A stretch of DNA of 62,142 nucleotides, the filler included, from Asterionella formosa (lineage: Eukaryota): the NCBI GenBank assembly GCA_002256025.1. It is 18 parts of 18 records of this genome, joined end to end, with 100 filler letters (N's around TTAATTAATTAA, not from the genome) between each part and the next. Parts side by side here need not be neighbours in the genome. Positions count along the whole stretch, not along the records: positions 31,177 to 34,532 come from NKIB01014211.1; positions 34,633 to 37,988 come from NKIB01014212.1; positions 38,089 to 41,444 come from NKIB01014213.1; positions 41,545 to 44,900 come from NKIB01014214.1; positions 45,001 to 48,353 come from NKIB01014215.1; 13 more parts are not named here. The stretch is one strand, 5' to 3'. Positions within the stretch are counted from its first letter, which is position 1. Each line of letters starts with the position of its first letter. A model generated the notes under the pieces. The model did no database searches. It was not told the origin of the DNA and was given only the letters and a program-made list of their open reading frames with translations. The position numbers were made by a program, and so were the translations under genes. This document shows, in pieces, positions 34,125-45,820 of this stretch.

Positions 34125-37100
34125 TATTTCTACTGACTGGCTGAGAAGTACAATTTACTATGTGCGCCAGTACAGTATATGGTTGTTATGTGCTCTACAT
34201 ACAAGCAAGTTCGTTCTAGGAACATGATGTTTGCTGGTACAGATAGTACTAGTGGCATCATCATGGCTGACAATGATGATACGCCTATTTTAAACAGATA
34301 TATCACGAATTATATATCAATTGTTGTTTTCAGCAACTGATGTTGTAGGATATGTCTATTTGATGTACGACGGCTATGTACAAACTACTCGGGTTTTGAT
34401 CCGGCAAGAAATCATGGAGATATTGTTGTTGCAGTCGAGCACCATTTTGCTTCCACCGATTTTCTATTTTAGCTATTTTGCAATGAATATTAAAGCTAGG
34501 TGAACGTTTCTTTCACTACTTGCTAGTGACACNNNNNNNNNNNNNNNNNNNNNNNNNNNNNNNNNNNNNNNNNNNNTTAATTAATTAANNNNNNNNNNNN
34601 NNNNNNNNNNNNNNNNNNNNNNNNNNNNNNNNTATCTAAACTGCCCATCAAAAACTAATATGACTATGCATTTGTATATTGGTATTCTAGGATAGAAAAA
34701 CCTTCCGTTTTTCCAATTAGCTAGAGTGATAGCCTAGCTTTCTAATCAATCATACTAGCATTGACATGTAATCTATATTATTTTTCCTTCATTTGGAATC
34801 ATCTGCTACATCAAAATCATCAGTGGTGGATGACAGGTCGTGGGACAGTGGAGTACTGGAAGCACTTGAATTATTGAGATGCAATTGGATCACACCTAAT
34901 CCCTCCTTCATTTTTTCCATTAAACGACATTGCCTTTATTGGCGTGAAACCCTTCGTTAAATAGCACAACTCTCTTGGATACATTTTTGAAATTCTTCGG
35001 CTGATTAATCAACCATCGACACAGTAAACTGTTACACAATATACCCATGGCTGGCATGCAAGGGAAGAAGATATCGATACTAGCCAGGGACATGCAGCAG
35101 TCTGCCAACAATGAAACATCACGGTACACGAGGAACAATGCTGACTTGACGAAACTCGCATATCGCTATCGATTGTTGCTCTTGACAGCGCCAAAATAAT
35201 CCAACTTTGGTTCTGTCTGAAACCGACGATGAATCATCCTCGTTGGCTGATGCTCCTGCTGCTCCTGCTGCTCCTGCTCCTGCTCCTTCTGCGGGTCCTG
35301 CGCCCTGCTCCTGCTGCTCCTTCTCATGTAGCATCCTGCTTTGACAACAATGGATGACGATATCTTATTGGGATCGTCAAAGACTCGAAGGACAATATTT
35401 TATAGATAGCTGCCGGTGTTATTCAAAGGTTTTTGTACTGAAGTTTATTATTTGTCTACATCAAGAGAGTAAGGTAAATGTGTATTGTAAGCGTTTGTGG
35501 ATCAATGAAACAGTTGACGTTATGTTGCCGGCGCGAGCCACAATCTAAACCAATAGAAATGCTCCTTTTATTTGGCTACAGTCGGAGTCTAATCGACCAA
35601 ATACCAGATATTTGGTCGATAAGGGGGTCATCCTCGATCAAGACCAAAGCATATTTGGTCTTGGTCGATGCGGTGGCTAAAATATTTTTGCTTTTTCGAC
35701 CAACACAACGCATCATGACGTGTAATGACCCGCAACTTCAATTGGCTTGGTATTTTGTCGATGCGGTGGCGATGCTCTTAACTAGGCAATTCACAACCTA
35801 GCTACCGGTATAGGCGCGCTTTGTGCCACTGCATTGCCCTTTCCGGTAACATTTAAAACATATTTTAGCTATTTTATATGTTGGATGCGAAATCACCAAT
35901 TGCCCTTCTTCACAGAAACATTTTTTAAGTATTCCATATGCTCTGTTTTCGAACCAACTACCTTCGATTTTGTCAATAGCTTCTAGATTTGCCTGATGCT
36001 GAAGTGGACTGCCGTTTATATCAGGGAAATGGATTACTGATATCTATACAATAACCCCTCAATTGACTTGCTCCTGTTTACTTAAGGCAGGACAGTGGAT
36101 TGCCGAAATCGGAAGAGAGTAGGATGAGCCTCATGAAGCAGGTATGAAAAGATAGCTTTCTGTAAAGTGTCAATGGCAATTTCACTTTACAACGCCCGTA
36201 AGTGTCACCAAGCATATCTAGTCTTGTGCAAAATTTGTTCATTGATGACTCAATTACTGATTCCTTATCAAATGAAGGAGGCTGGTTGTTGGATAATTTG
36301 AGTCGCTGCTGGTGGGATTTCTATAATCACATAATACTTGCTGTTTCGTGATCGTGGCCCCAAAATTTTGGTTCCACTTTCTGTTGAATTCTAAAAGCCT
36401 TCCTGATCAAATCCTTCTCTTGATTTGACAGATAATAATTAATCAGATAATTATTCTTCAATAGAGATCTCAATCAGCCAGTCATTCAGTGTGAAAACTC
36501 AAAACATTATAGTAGGTCCAAGTTAGGCTTCCATCTCATCTCTGAACCTGTATTTTCGTCAGATATGACCAGCAATTAAATTTAACTATAATACTTTAAG
36601 ATGTTTTCTATGTGTCCTACTACAATATCTCAAATCAGATCTCGGCAGCAAGTTTTAGAGCTCATGTGTTGGCTTTTTCCATTGCTTTCTAAAATAGTAT
36701 TGTTTCTTTAAGTTATATGATCACAGTGCATTATTGCTTTTGCTAGATTCTTATCATTAATCGACAATGAAAAAGATCATGTTGCTCTTCAAGCGCTATC
36801 AATTTGAGTTGAGAAGCACACTACCCAGTTAGACAACAGGAATCAGTGAACTGTTCTCCTTGTTGTCTTGGTTGTTCACTGTGGTATGTTCTGTTGATTG
36901 TTGTTTGGTCGCTTCATGCAAATTACAATCATACCCATACTCTAACTCTTTTGTTGTCCACATTCAACATCAAGACGATGGCTGGCTTAATTTCCTCACA
37001 TTCCAATTATCCAAGGAGCCAGCATCACATTTTTCTTTCCAGTCGAAGCTGCAATATTTCTAATGCCTTGAATTGATTCCCAAGCTTTGGGGTGTTCTGT

Positions 37101-37833
37101 TGATTGTTGCATTTGTTTGCTTCCACTCATCTATTCTGAAACTCAATACCTTTTGTTATTTACTCCCGTTCACATTGTACCAGTCAAAAGCAGCTTGAGA
37201 CCACTATGTATGGTACTATATTACCCCGTTTTTGGACTTAAAATAAGAAAATTTGTTCAGATGACCCCAATTTAAACCCTTTTAGTAAAAGTCGACTATT
37301 GCATGCAAGTACAAGAATGAATCATTTTAACAATTTGAAGTACCTGGTACCAGTATGATATATCTTCCAACATGCATCGATTTTTTAAAGTCGTTTATTC
37401 GAATTGGTCATCTCGCAATCGATCTTTCTTTTACATACACAAACGGTACATAGAGGCAAAGAAAAGCCAACTTGCTTCGTCGACAGCACAGCATGTGTAC
37501 CAGTAAGTCCGTCCGATAATTAAAATAGCAGAACGACGACCACAACGATTTTGAGCGCGATACCGAGCAATGATTGTACATACGCATAAGCAGGCAAAGC
37601 AACCCGGCTGTAAATGACATCACAAACCCAACACGTACTTCTATTCAAATTGGATGCATTTTTAGCTACCGGGTATATGATATACCGGTATGGTAATATG
37701 ATGTTATTGACATGCCATGTACGCGCACTCTCATGAAAAAAAGAATTGCTGTACTAACTATCGGGTCTTGCGTATGGTTTGTCTCTTCATCAGCACATTT
37801 GCTTCCACGCCTCTTTATCGTGGCTCCGGCACC

Positions 37834-37940
37834 ATGTACCTTACGATCGTGACCGGTGCTCTTTTGGTAGCCTCAAGTGCCGCATTTTCAAGCCAAAATG
37901 CCTTTGCTGGCATGCCATCACGAGTGTTTACTACTTCCAG
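37834..37940 (+). CDS. First exon of a probable plastid-targeted protein
   Basis: MYLTIVTGALLVASSAAF-SSQNAFAGMPSRVFTTS is a signal peptide with an ASAF-like cleavage site and an S/T/R-rich transit peptide. Donor AG|GTGAGA at 37941; the contig ends in the intron. Confidence 0.65.
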
Positions 37941-38088
37941 GTGAGAAAGACCCATTCGCGAGAAACGCCGACGCGCCACACTTTTGTTNNNNNNNNNNNN
38001 NNNNNNNNNNNNNNNNNNNNNNNNNNNNNNNNTTAATTAATTAANNNNNNNNNNNNNNNNNNNNNNNNNNNNNNNNNNNNNNNNNNNN

Positions 38089-38311
38089 ATATATTGTCAC
38101 GAACACACATAATTATTGGTGTGATCACATAATTATTCGATAAGTGAAATAAATTTTTGTTTAACCCGAATAAATTAGGGAAAAAGTAGCATAATATTTC
38201 AAAAAAGTAACATAAAAATTTAGAAAAGTAACATAATATTTTAAAAAAGTAGCATAAATACGTCACTTTAGACATAAATTCGAAAAAGTGCCGTAAACGG
38301 CGTCTTAGATG
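38089..38311 (-). mobile_element. CATCTAAG-terminus element inserted into Copia gag
   Basis: Reverse complement of 16440-16640. It interrupts gag after RRVQTLLL. Confidence 0.8.
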
Positions 38312-38918
38312 CAAGTAACAGTGTTTGCACACGTCTCGTATCCGCAATGTAATACTGACCGTTAAGGGGGGCACGATGGATCATGCGCTCGTTGAATGAG
38401 CCATAATCGGCCTCAGCTTCGGGATCCTCCGCTTCTTTTACCACATAAGACAATGGTATGCCGCTAACGCCGGGAATGACAGCCAAGTAGTTGATAAAGG
38501 CCTTTTCCCACTCAGGCCACTTCCTCTCATCTTTGAATTTTTCCGGATCGGCAGCCTTGGAATTAGTAGCCACAAGATCTATGTCGGACTTCCTGATCTG
38601 CGCAAGGCTCAACGATTGATACAGAATCTCAACATTGAAATCGTTGTGGTCCGGAACATCGTTAACTCGATGACAATCCTGGACCCAATGCATAACGCCT
38701 GTCAATTTCTTTGTGCGTCCAAGTCCAAAAACAATCTTACCGTTTGCCATGCTACGCTTCGCAAATTCGTCCGCCATGTCACGAATGTCCTTTTCTACTA
38801 GATAACGGAAGTCCTCAAACTCGCTAATACCTGCTGCCATGATGTTCATACATTCGACAGCGACCTCAAAACCGATTGCCAACAGAACGTGGGCGACTCC
38901 GACCAAGTTATTCGCCAT
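38312..38918 (-). mobile_element. Diatom Copia (CoDi-type) gag, interrupted
   Basis: FGLGRTKKLTGVMHWVQD, KWPEWEKAFINYL..IPGVSGIPLSYVV, RAPLNG..Y.AD.RRV. Preceded by an LTR and PBS. Confidence 0.8.
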
Positions 38919-39043
38919 GATAATGAGTGGATTTGCTGGGAAAAGAGAATGATAGTATTTCGCAAACGCAAACGCATGTCGTCAGTGGATTCCCGCTGTA
39001 ACAAATAGTACTTGTGTGCAGGCAGCACAGTTACGCCAATGCC

Positions 39044-39159
39044 GTCGTTGAGTGATCAGTTCAACTCCGGCCACAATCGCTATCGCTCTCTGGTCGTCTG
39101 TGGTCGTTGAGTGATCAGTTCAACTCCGGCCACAATCGCTATTGCTCGCTGGTCGTCTG
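39044..39159. repeat. 59-nt tandem repeat x2 in the Copia leader
   Basis: GTCGTTGAGTGATCAGTTCAACTCCGGCCACAATCGCTAT at 39044 and 39103. Confidence 0.9.
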
Positions 39160-39382
39160 CGGATACCCGTCGGTACGACTCAAGTGCACACGGTCACCGA
39201 CGCCTGCGAATGATCATCATCATCCAAATTCGGTACGCACACATGACACTACATACTGAATATGAAAAATTCGTTACGAACACGTAACGCCAGACGCCTT
39301 GTCTCGATGGTTCGAATTCGACGCTCCTATTTGCTCGCACTGTACGCTCTTCTCCGATTCAAAGATAACTCAAGTGGTCATC

Positions 39383-39575
39383 GTTAGAGCGCTGGGTCTG
39401 ATAAACCGAAGAAATACGCTAGTGTGGTCGGCAGAACAACTTACATGGTGCAAAAGGAAAGAAAGATAAAGGTTATACACCTACGCCGTTCTAGCGCATT
39501 CGCTGCTCCAAGCTTGCACGCTGTACTATCGCTAAAACACTCTAATGGCTAGTTAGTCCCCTGTACCGTATGACA
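39383..39575 (-). mobile_element. Copia 5' LTR (about 39575-39407) plus PBS (39406-39383)
   Basis: Minus strand TGTCATACGG...TTCTTCG followed by GTTTATCAGACCCAGCGCTCTAAC, complementary to a tRNA-Ile-like D-loop/anticodon arm. LTR limits are approximate. Confidence 0.55.
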
Positions 39576-39804
39576 CGATACGTTCATCCACGCGCCCACA
39601 CTGCACTGCAATATTCGTTCACCCGTACATAGTATTTTCCACGATAAACGAATCTTCTTTTTGCAGACCTCCCTTGAGAATATTGCTTGCGAAGTTTTGC
39701 TTGTTCGTTTGATGCTTTGTTCTTTTCTTCTCCACACAATCTTGTCCTTGCCTTACTGTTGTGATTATTCTGCGCACTAAACACAATATACAACAAGCAG
39801 CAGT

Positions 39805-41444
39805 ATGAAAGAAGACAGCAAGGAAGTCAAGAAAGGCAGCCAATATGATCACGTAAGGTCAGTGAAACCTTCTGGCACTGCAAAACAGAAGAGCGATTAT
39901 GCCAGCAGGGTATCTTTTGCTGACGAAGCAAAGGAGGAAGAACGAGCTCGGGACTCTGAATCTTCACATGGAGAAGACATTAATGGAAAGGAATATGTTA
40001 ACCACAGGGCTGGACCAGCGCCTAACATTTTGCAGGAGGATTCTCCTGCGGTGGTGGAGCATGAAGAACCAGGAGCACCTCCACAAACACTTCCTGGAGC
40101 AGTCGCAGTGGGAGGGAGTGGTCATGCAAGGTCAAGTGCCGACGATGAATGGTCTTTGGAGGAGTCCCAGGGAATAAGTCAGCAACCACTCGCCATGCAT
40201 AGCATAGAGGGAGGCCAACATGAGGCCGTGAGTGCCATTCTAGTTGATGAATCTGCCCCTGATATTCCTGCAAGGGTAGCAATTGTCGATGCTGAAGCTG
40301 AAGCGAAGGCCCAACGTCGCCGTAGCATGATTAACATCATGGTATCTTGTGGACTCACAAGTCTTGTTGCGATTGTTGCTGCTGTAGTTGCAGTTGTGCT
40401 TACTCGGAACAAGTCAGGCAATGAGACATTGGCTCCTTTCACATCGAATCCAACATCAGTTCCTCCATCACCAAGTCCAACTTCTGTTTTGTTCCTCTTT
40501 TTATCTGAGAACTCGTTTGATAATGGGGCTGCACTTTTGACTGACGGCTCCCCACAGCAGCAGGCAATGATCTGGTTAGAAAGTGAGCAAGGTACTGCAG
40601 AAATCATGGATACTGAATTACTCCAAATCTATGCCTTGGTGACCCTTTATTATGCAACCTCTGGAAACCAGGGGTTCAACCAAGGTTATAATGACCAATT
40701 CAATAGCAGGTCTTCATGGCTATTTAGTATCAACAATTATTGTGAGTGGTTTGGATTGACTTGCAATGCAGATAAAAGCCAGCTCCTTAAAATGAATTTG
40801 ACAAGCTATACCTTAATGGGGTCCATTCCCCCGGAAATTGGCTATTTGTCAAACTTACTTGAATTAGACTTGCGCAAAAATACCTTAATTGGTTTCATTC
40901 CTTCAGAAATTGGCTATTTGTCAAATTTAGGTAAGTTAAACTTGGGCGAGAAGAAAAAACAAAATCATTCATAATTGCTCACTTATGAATTGAGAACATG
41001 TCATTTTATGGCAAAGAATTCCTTACCTTTTCATCAAATGCCATAGATGGATCACTACCTAGTGAACTGGGTCTACTGACAAGTATTACAGAGTTGTATT
41101 TATACAAGAACCAGCTTACTGGCCCAATTCCAAGGGAGCTTGCACAGTTGGCCAACATCACAATATTGGCATTGTATGACAACAAGTTGACCGGAACACT
41201 TCCAACAGAAATCATTGTTTTGTCTACTAACCTGTTAGCTTTGAATCTGGAAAATAATACATTGAAGGGAACACTTCCAACAGAGGTTGGATTATTGACA
41301 AATCTATTGTCTTTGATTGTCAGCTATAATAACTTCACTGGTACTATTCCTACAGAGATTGGATATTTGACAATTCTCACAGATTTTGAAGCAAATTCCA
41401 ATGATTTCAATGGCACACTTCCTACAGAGATTGGATATTTGACA
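39805..41444 (+). CDS. LRR receptor-like membrane protein (exons 39805-40930, 41017 to contig end; 3'-truncated)
   Basis: Single TM, stalk, SPQQQA..WL, QIYALVTLYYAT, CEWFGLTC cap, then plant-type LRRs (L.G.IP.EIG.L..L). The phase-1 86-nt intron GTAAGT...AAG restores the frame. Confidence 0.9.
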
Positions 41445-41544
41445 NNNNNNNNNNNNNNNNNNNNNNNNNNNNNNNNNNNNNNNNNNNNTTAATTAATTAA
41501 NNNNNNNNNNNNNNNNNNNNNNNNNNNNNNNNNNNNNNNNNNNN

Positions 41545-42061
41545 GCGATGCGCATGGTTGCAGAAACCAGACCATTTACGCTACATAACGATGTAGGTCA
41601 AGATTGGGTTCAGCTTTTCCCTTCTTATTTCGGTCTTCGATTGTGTGGTGATGGAAAGTCAATGTTGCCTGGTGTGTAAGTACTACAATGATTCACAATG
41701 CATACGTCTCCATTGGAACTCTTATTTTTTTTTTCATTTCTGACCCAAAACAATTTTTTCTTTTTCTCATTTGATGCTACTTATTACATCGCATTTCATA
41801 CTTTGGTTGCTCCAAACATGATGTTCAATTTTCGTTGATGTTGCATGTTACAATCATTCTCGTGTGTTTTACGCTTGTTGTACCATCTCTATGCATATTA
41901 CCGTTATTTTGGTTGTCATGCTAAAATCGGCAATTTTATTGCCGAAAAATTCGATGTGCCCCATATTGCCCTTAAATAAAAATTACTTAAGAAATTACTT
42001 AGAGACTAAAAATTACTTAGAAGTACCCGAATGGCAAGACGATAGCTGGAGCGGGAATTGC
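41545..42061 (-). mobile_element. GCAATTCCCGC-TIR element, left end (reverse orientation)
   Basis: Ends GACGATAGCTGGAGCGGGAATTGC followed by TAA; matches 27261 onward and 48731 onward. Confidence 0.85.
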
Positions 42062-42835
42062 TAATTTAAGTTTTGCTAAATTCATGACCGCAAGCAATTT
42101 GGAGAGTCCCAGACCAGGAGCCTACGAACAGACTTCCGAGCAGCTTCTATGCCTGCCTTGCGGCATGGTTTTGTGCATTTTCAATGGTAACCAGTTACTT
42201 CTTCGTCTGTGAGGTTCTGCCTTCGAACGTGGTGTCACTGTCAAAGTGAACGTTTACCTGGTACCTGGTACCAGGTACCAGGTACCGGGTACCCTGGTAC
42301 TGTACTCGGAGTACATAGCGGGTCTCGCAGCGGTATCAACATAGTATAGCTGTGCTGTACATATGAAGGAAGGCAGATTCGCCTGACTGAACGAAGGATT
42401 CCGGTGCACTCTCGCAAACACATTGCATCCACGTGCATTTCCAGTACCAGGTACCAGGGTCCCTGGTCCCTTGTTGCTTTGCATGATTCCTACTAGTGTG
42501 GCTGGCTGGCGTACCATTTTGATTATTTTACTGATATTGTGCACATACTGTATTACCCCTGGTACCAGATGTCCTACGACATTTCCAGTTCGTAGCGTAG
42601 TACATAGTGTCATTGAGGAGTGAGGCAACGAGAAGGCCATAAAATAGTCATGAAGGACTAAATTCGGTAATGCACAGTATTTGGTACTTTGTTTTTTCAT
42701 GAATTGTGCGATCAATCGAAACGTCAAGGACCACTCTTCGTTACCGGTACAAAAACCTTTATTTTACAGTGTGAAGCAGGCAGAGGGAGGAGACGAGATG
42801 GTAACGAGAGTGACGATTGAGAACAGAGATTGAAG

Positions 42836-44899
42836 ATGTCAATCAGGCTCAAAGTTAGCACTCTAGAATCACAGGACTATCGCGATTGCCGAACAGAAAA
42901 GGGTCTACAAGGTATCAGTCATATCGCAGTTAATTCCATGGACCAATCACTTCTCAGTGCACTCGAATCGTCTGGGGGTACATCAGGACAGCTTCGGAAA
43001 TCCGGTCGCAAAGAACGAGAGGAAGTGATAGTAGGGAGTCGTCGGGAGAGTGGAAGATCTGTCTCGACTCTCGATGTCGAAGGTCCTATGGTCGCACCTT
43101 TTCAGCAATTGCAAGCAGCTTCTAGCGCCACTAGGGAATTCTCGAAGATTTCTTCAACGGAGGAGCAATCTTATCATGTAGCTCCAAGAACAAGTCAGGA
43201 GGAGAAGAAGTCTATGTCTCCCGCAGCTCCAATACTTGATACTCACAATGGAGCAATGGGAAGGTTTTCGTTCACTGATGAAACTGACGAACATCAAAAT
43301 CCTATGTTTCACTTGGAATCTTTTGGTCGTGATGACAACGGCGCTCGTTGTTTGGAAGAAACAACTGAATGGCTGCTTCATGATGGTAACACAGAGAAGT
43401 CGTCAAAGATGCCGAGACCTGCTGCTCTTGACAATGGTATCAACGAACTTCCTTCGAGCGTGATGTCGCCCCCTTCTTCTCTCTACTACATTTCGCCATC
43501 ACCTCAGTTAAATGTCAGGGATGGCGACGAGGAGACGTTGAATTCGTCGGTTTCCTCTCAGCACTTTAGCAATGTCATGAACACCCCGCCAGGCTCCGCT
43601 AGCTTGTCAACGTCAAACGCAGGTTCGTTGCACCCGGTCCTTTACAGTGCCATTGGATCATTAGAGAAATGTTCTGCAACTAGCTTTGGAAAAGTGAGGA
43701 TTCAGCATAATGCAATGTCGAATCGAAATTTCGATCGCCCTGCAACTGCACAGACCTTGATACCCCCCAAGTCGAGACCGGCTTCGACGCGAACAACAAG
43801 GCACCTGCCAGATGCGACGAAAGCAACACTGATCAAGCCCTTGAAGATGGCATCTGAAATTGATCGATCAAAAAGAGTGGCAAATGTCAAGTTTCAGACG
43901 GCCGAGAACACAAAGAATGCAACACCAGGCGAGGATGCTTGCATCGCCGGAGCGAAGACAGAGCGTCGGAAGCCAAAAAAAGTAACTATTAAGGACTCTC
44001 TCAAGGGCGAATCCAAGTCAAGAAAGCCAGTAGAGATGTTTCGTCCATCATGTGATGCGTACACACCTCGAATGGAAAAGAAGAAAATTAAGTACAAGCC
44101 GGCGGAAATGCGGACACCGGTGCAAAAAATGTCTTCAACAATGGGAACGTTGGCTCGTCCGAATTTTCGAGATGCGCTGCGTCGGGTTGCTATGATTCTT
44201 CAACAACACATAACGAAGATAGAGCGGCGATTTGAACTTGCCGGAGCAAATTTTATAGGTGATGGCCTTTTTCAGACAGCTATGAGGGAAGCTTTCTCTG
44301 AAGACAAGTACTCCATTCCTCGATATAAATGCACGATGGTCAGAATTCCCATGGCCCGACCAGGAATGGTATATGGACTTAGAAAGCTGCGCCCGATATA
44401 CTCCGTTCCGTCGGAACAAGAAATATACGATTTCGGTCATAAGCTTTTCCAGTCGGTTCAGCTCTCTTCAGAGTGTTCAATTGTGTGTTTGATTTATGTG
44501 GAACGATTGATGGAAATCGCTAAAGTCCCGCTACTAGCAAGCACATGGAGACCGATCTTTATGTGCGGTTTGCTGTTGGCGTCAAAGGTATGGCAAGATC
44601 TGAGCTCGTGGAATATCGAGTTTGCAAGTGTTTACCCACAATTTTCGCTGGAAGCAATTAACAAGCTAGAGTTGGAGTTTCTGCGTATGGTGAAGTGGGA
44701 TTTGTACATATCGAGTAGCCTCTACGCTAAGTACTACTTTGCCCTTCGGTCACTGCTTGAGAAACAAGACTTTCGCATGCGCTACAATCGTATGGTTGGT
44801 GGTGTTGGAAGCGTCGATGTATCCGAGGCTCTGAAGGTTCAACAACGAAGTGAACGCGTGAAAGAGGAAGCGCTGATGCAACTGAGTCGAAGCATGTAG
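42836..44899 (+). CDS. Cyclin Y-like protein with a long low-complexity N-terminus (start ATG 42836 or 42938)
   Basis: Cyclin box QLSSECSIVCLIYVERL...WRPIFMCGLLLASKVWQD...INKLELEFL...ISSSLYAKYYFALR, typical of the CCNY family. Confidence 0.88.
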   Translation: MSIRLKVSTLESQDYRDCRTEKGLQGISHIAVNSMDQSLLSALESSGGTSGQLRKSGRKEREEVIVGSRRESGRSVSTLDVEGPMVAPFQQLQAASSATREFSKISSTEEQSYHVAPRTSQEEKKSMSPAAPILDTHNGAMGRFSFTDETDEHQNPMFHLESFGRDDNGARCLEETTEWLLHDGNTEKSSKMPRPAALDNGINELPSSVMSPPSSLYYISPSPQLNVRDGDEETLNSSVSSQHFSNVMNTPPGSASLSTSNAGSLHPVLYSAIGSLEKCSATSFGKVRIQHNAMSNRNFDRPATAQTLIPPKSRPASTRTTRHLPDATKATLIKPLKMASEIDRSKRVANVKFQTAENTKNATPGEDACIAGAKTERRKPKKVTIKDSLKGESKSRKPVEMFRPSCDAYTPRMEKKKIKYKPAEMRTPVQKMSSTMGTLARPNFRDALRRVAMILQQHITKIERRFELAGANFIGDGLFQTAMREAFSEDKYSIPRYKCTMVRIPMARPGMVYGLRKLRPIYSVPSEQEIYDFGHKLFQSVQLSSECSIVCLIYVERLMEIAKVPLLASTWRPIFMCGLLLASKVWQDLSSWNIEFASVYPQFSLEAINKLELEFLRMVKWDLYISSSLYAKYYFALRSLLEKQDFRMRYNRMVGGVGSVDVSEALKVQQRSERVKEEALMQLSRSM

Positions 44900-45212
44900 G
44901 NNNNNNNNNNNNNNNNNNNNNNNNNNNNNNNNNNNNNNNNNNNNTTAATTAATTAANNNNNNNNNNNNNNNNNNNNNNNNNNNNNNNNNNNNNNNNNNNN
45001 ACAAGCGGCGCGAGAAAGATCTTGACTAGTCATTCCAGGGCAGTACTTGAGAGCACTTGAGTAGGCACCATATATTTCAATCCTAACCTAAAGAAGGCGC
45101 TATATAAATGAAGTTAATTAACCTGCTCGTGTGCTAGGTTGAGAACAACTCTACCAAGAAGGAGCAAGACGCTAGGAAATGAGTGGGGTTCTTCAGAGCG
45201 GATGATACGGGT

Positions 45213-45455
45213 AGTATCAATGGCTATTATGAGTCACGAGAATTGTGGACTCGTTTATAGTCCGATGAATCCAAAGGAGCATTCCCATGTCAAGAAACTA
45301 GCTAAGAAGATTGATGTTTCAAATCAATCAGAAGAAGGTTTGCATCAGCGAAAAGGGAACGCGAAGAATAGGTTCTCAAAGTGTGTGATGAGTGGTATTG
45401 AAACTAGATTTAAGTTTAATCTTATAATTAAGAAACAGTGAGAATTGACAGAGTA
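45213..45455 (+). mobile_element. Copia LTR-related fragment
   Basis: Colinear with the reverse complement of about 2850-3085 (ATCAATGGCTAT..ATGAGTCAC..ATTGTGGACTCG; GAAGGTTTGCATC; CTTATAATTAAGAAACAGTGA). Confidence 0.75.
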
Positions 45456-45654
45456 CTGGTAGTAGGCTGGCTTTCTATTCCAAACTCCCTTAAGTAACTT
45501 TCTGTTATGTCAAATTATTATTCCTTAAATCCAAGTCGTGTTTCGCTCATCGAAGTCGTGTTCACCTCCTACTATTCTGTTAATGATGGTATTCACCAAC
45601 TGGAGGACGGTTTGCTTATAGGGTTCACCAATCAGTAACTTCTTGGCGTACTAG

Positions 45655-45820
45655 TAGGAAATTTCTAGTCATTGTCAGCAAATTCTAGTCAAGGTCACCA
45701 AATTCCAATCGTTGTCAGCAACTTCTAATCGTTTTCAGTAATTTCTATTCGTGGTATGTAGTCACAAACTGGATCAGTAATCATAAACAAAAGAGTCATT
45801 TTGAAAATGTCAATGCACTT
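45655..45820. repeat. About 20-nt minisatellite plus a conserved tail, dispersed family
   Basis: TTCTAGTCATTGTCAGCAAA-like units followed by AACTGGATCAGTA...AAAGAGTCATTTTGAAAAT. Also at about 7280-7390; units alone at about 46540-46650. Confidence 0.7.

Noticed and set aside
35119..35334. Gly/Ala-rich ORF (GAGPAEGAGAGAAGAAGA)
   Set aside because: It is low-complexity sequence in a stop-riddled region, and no family could be supported.
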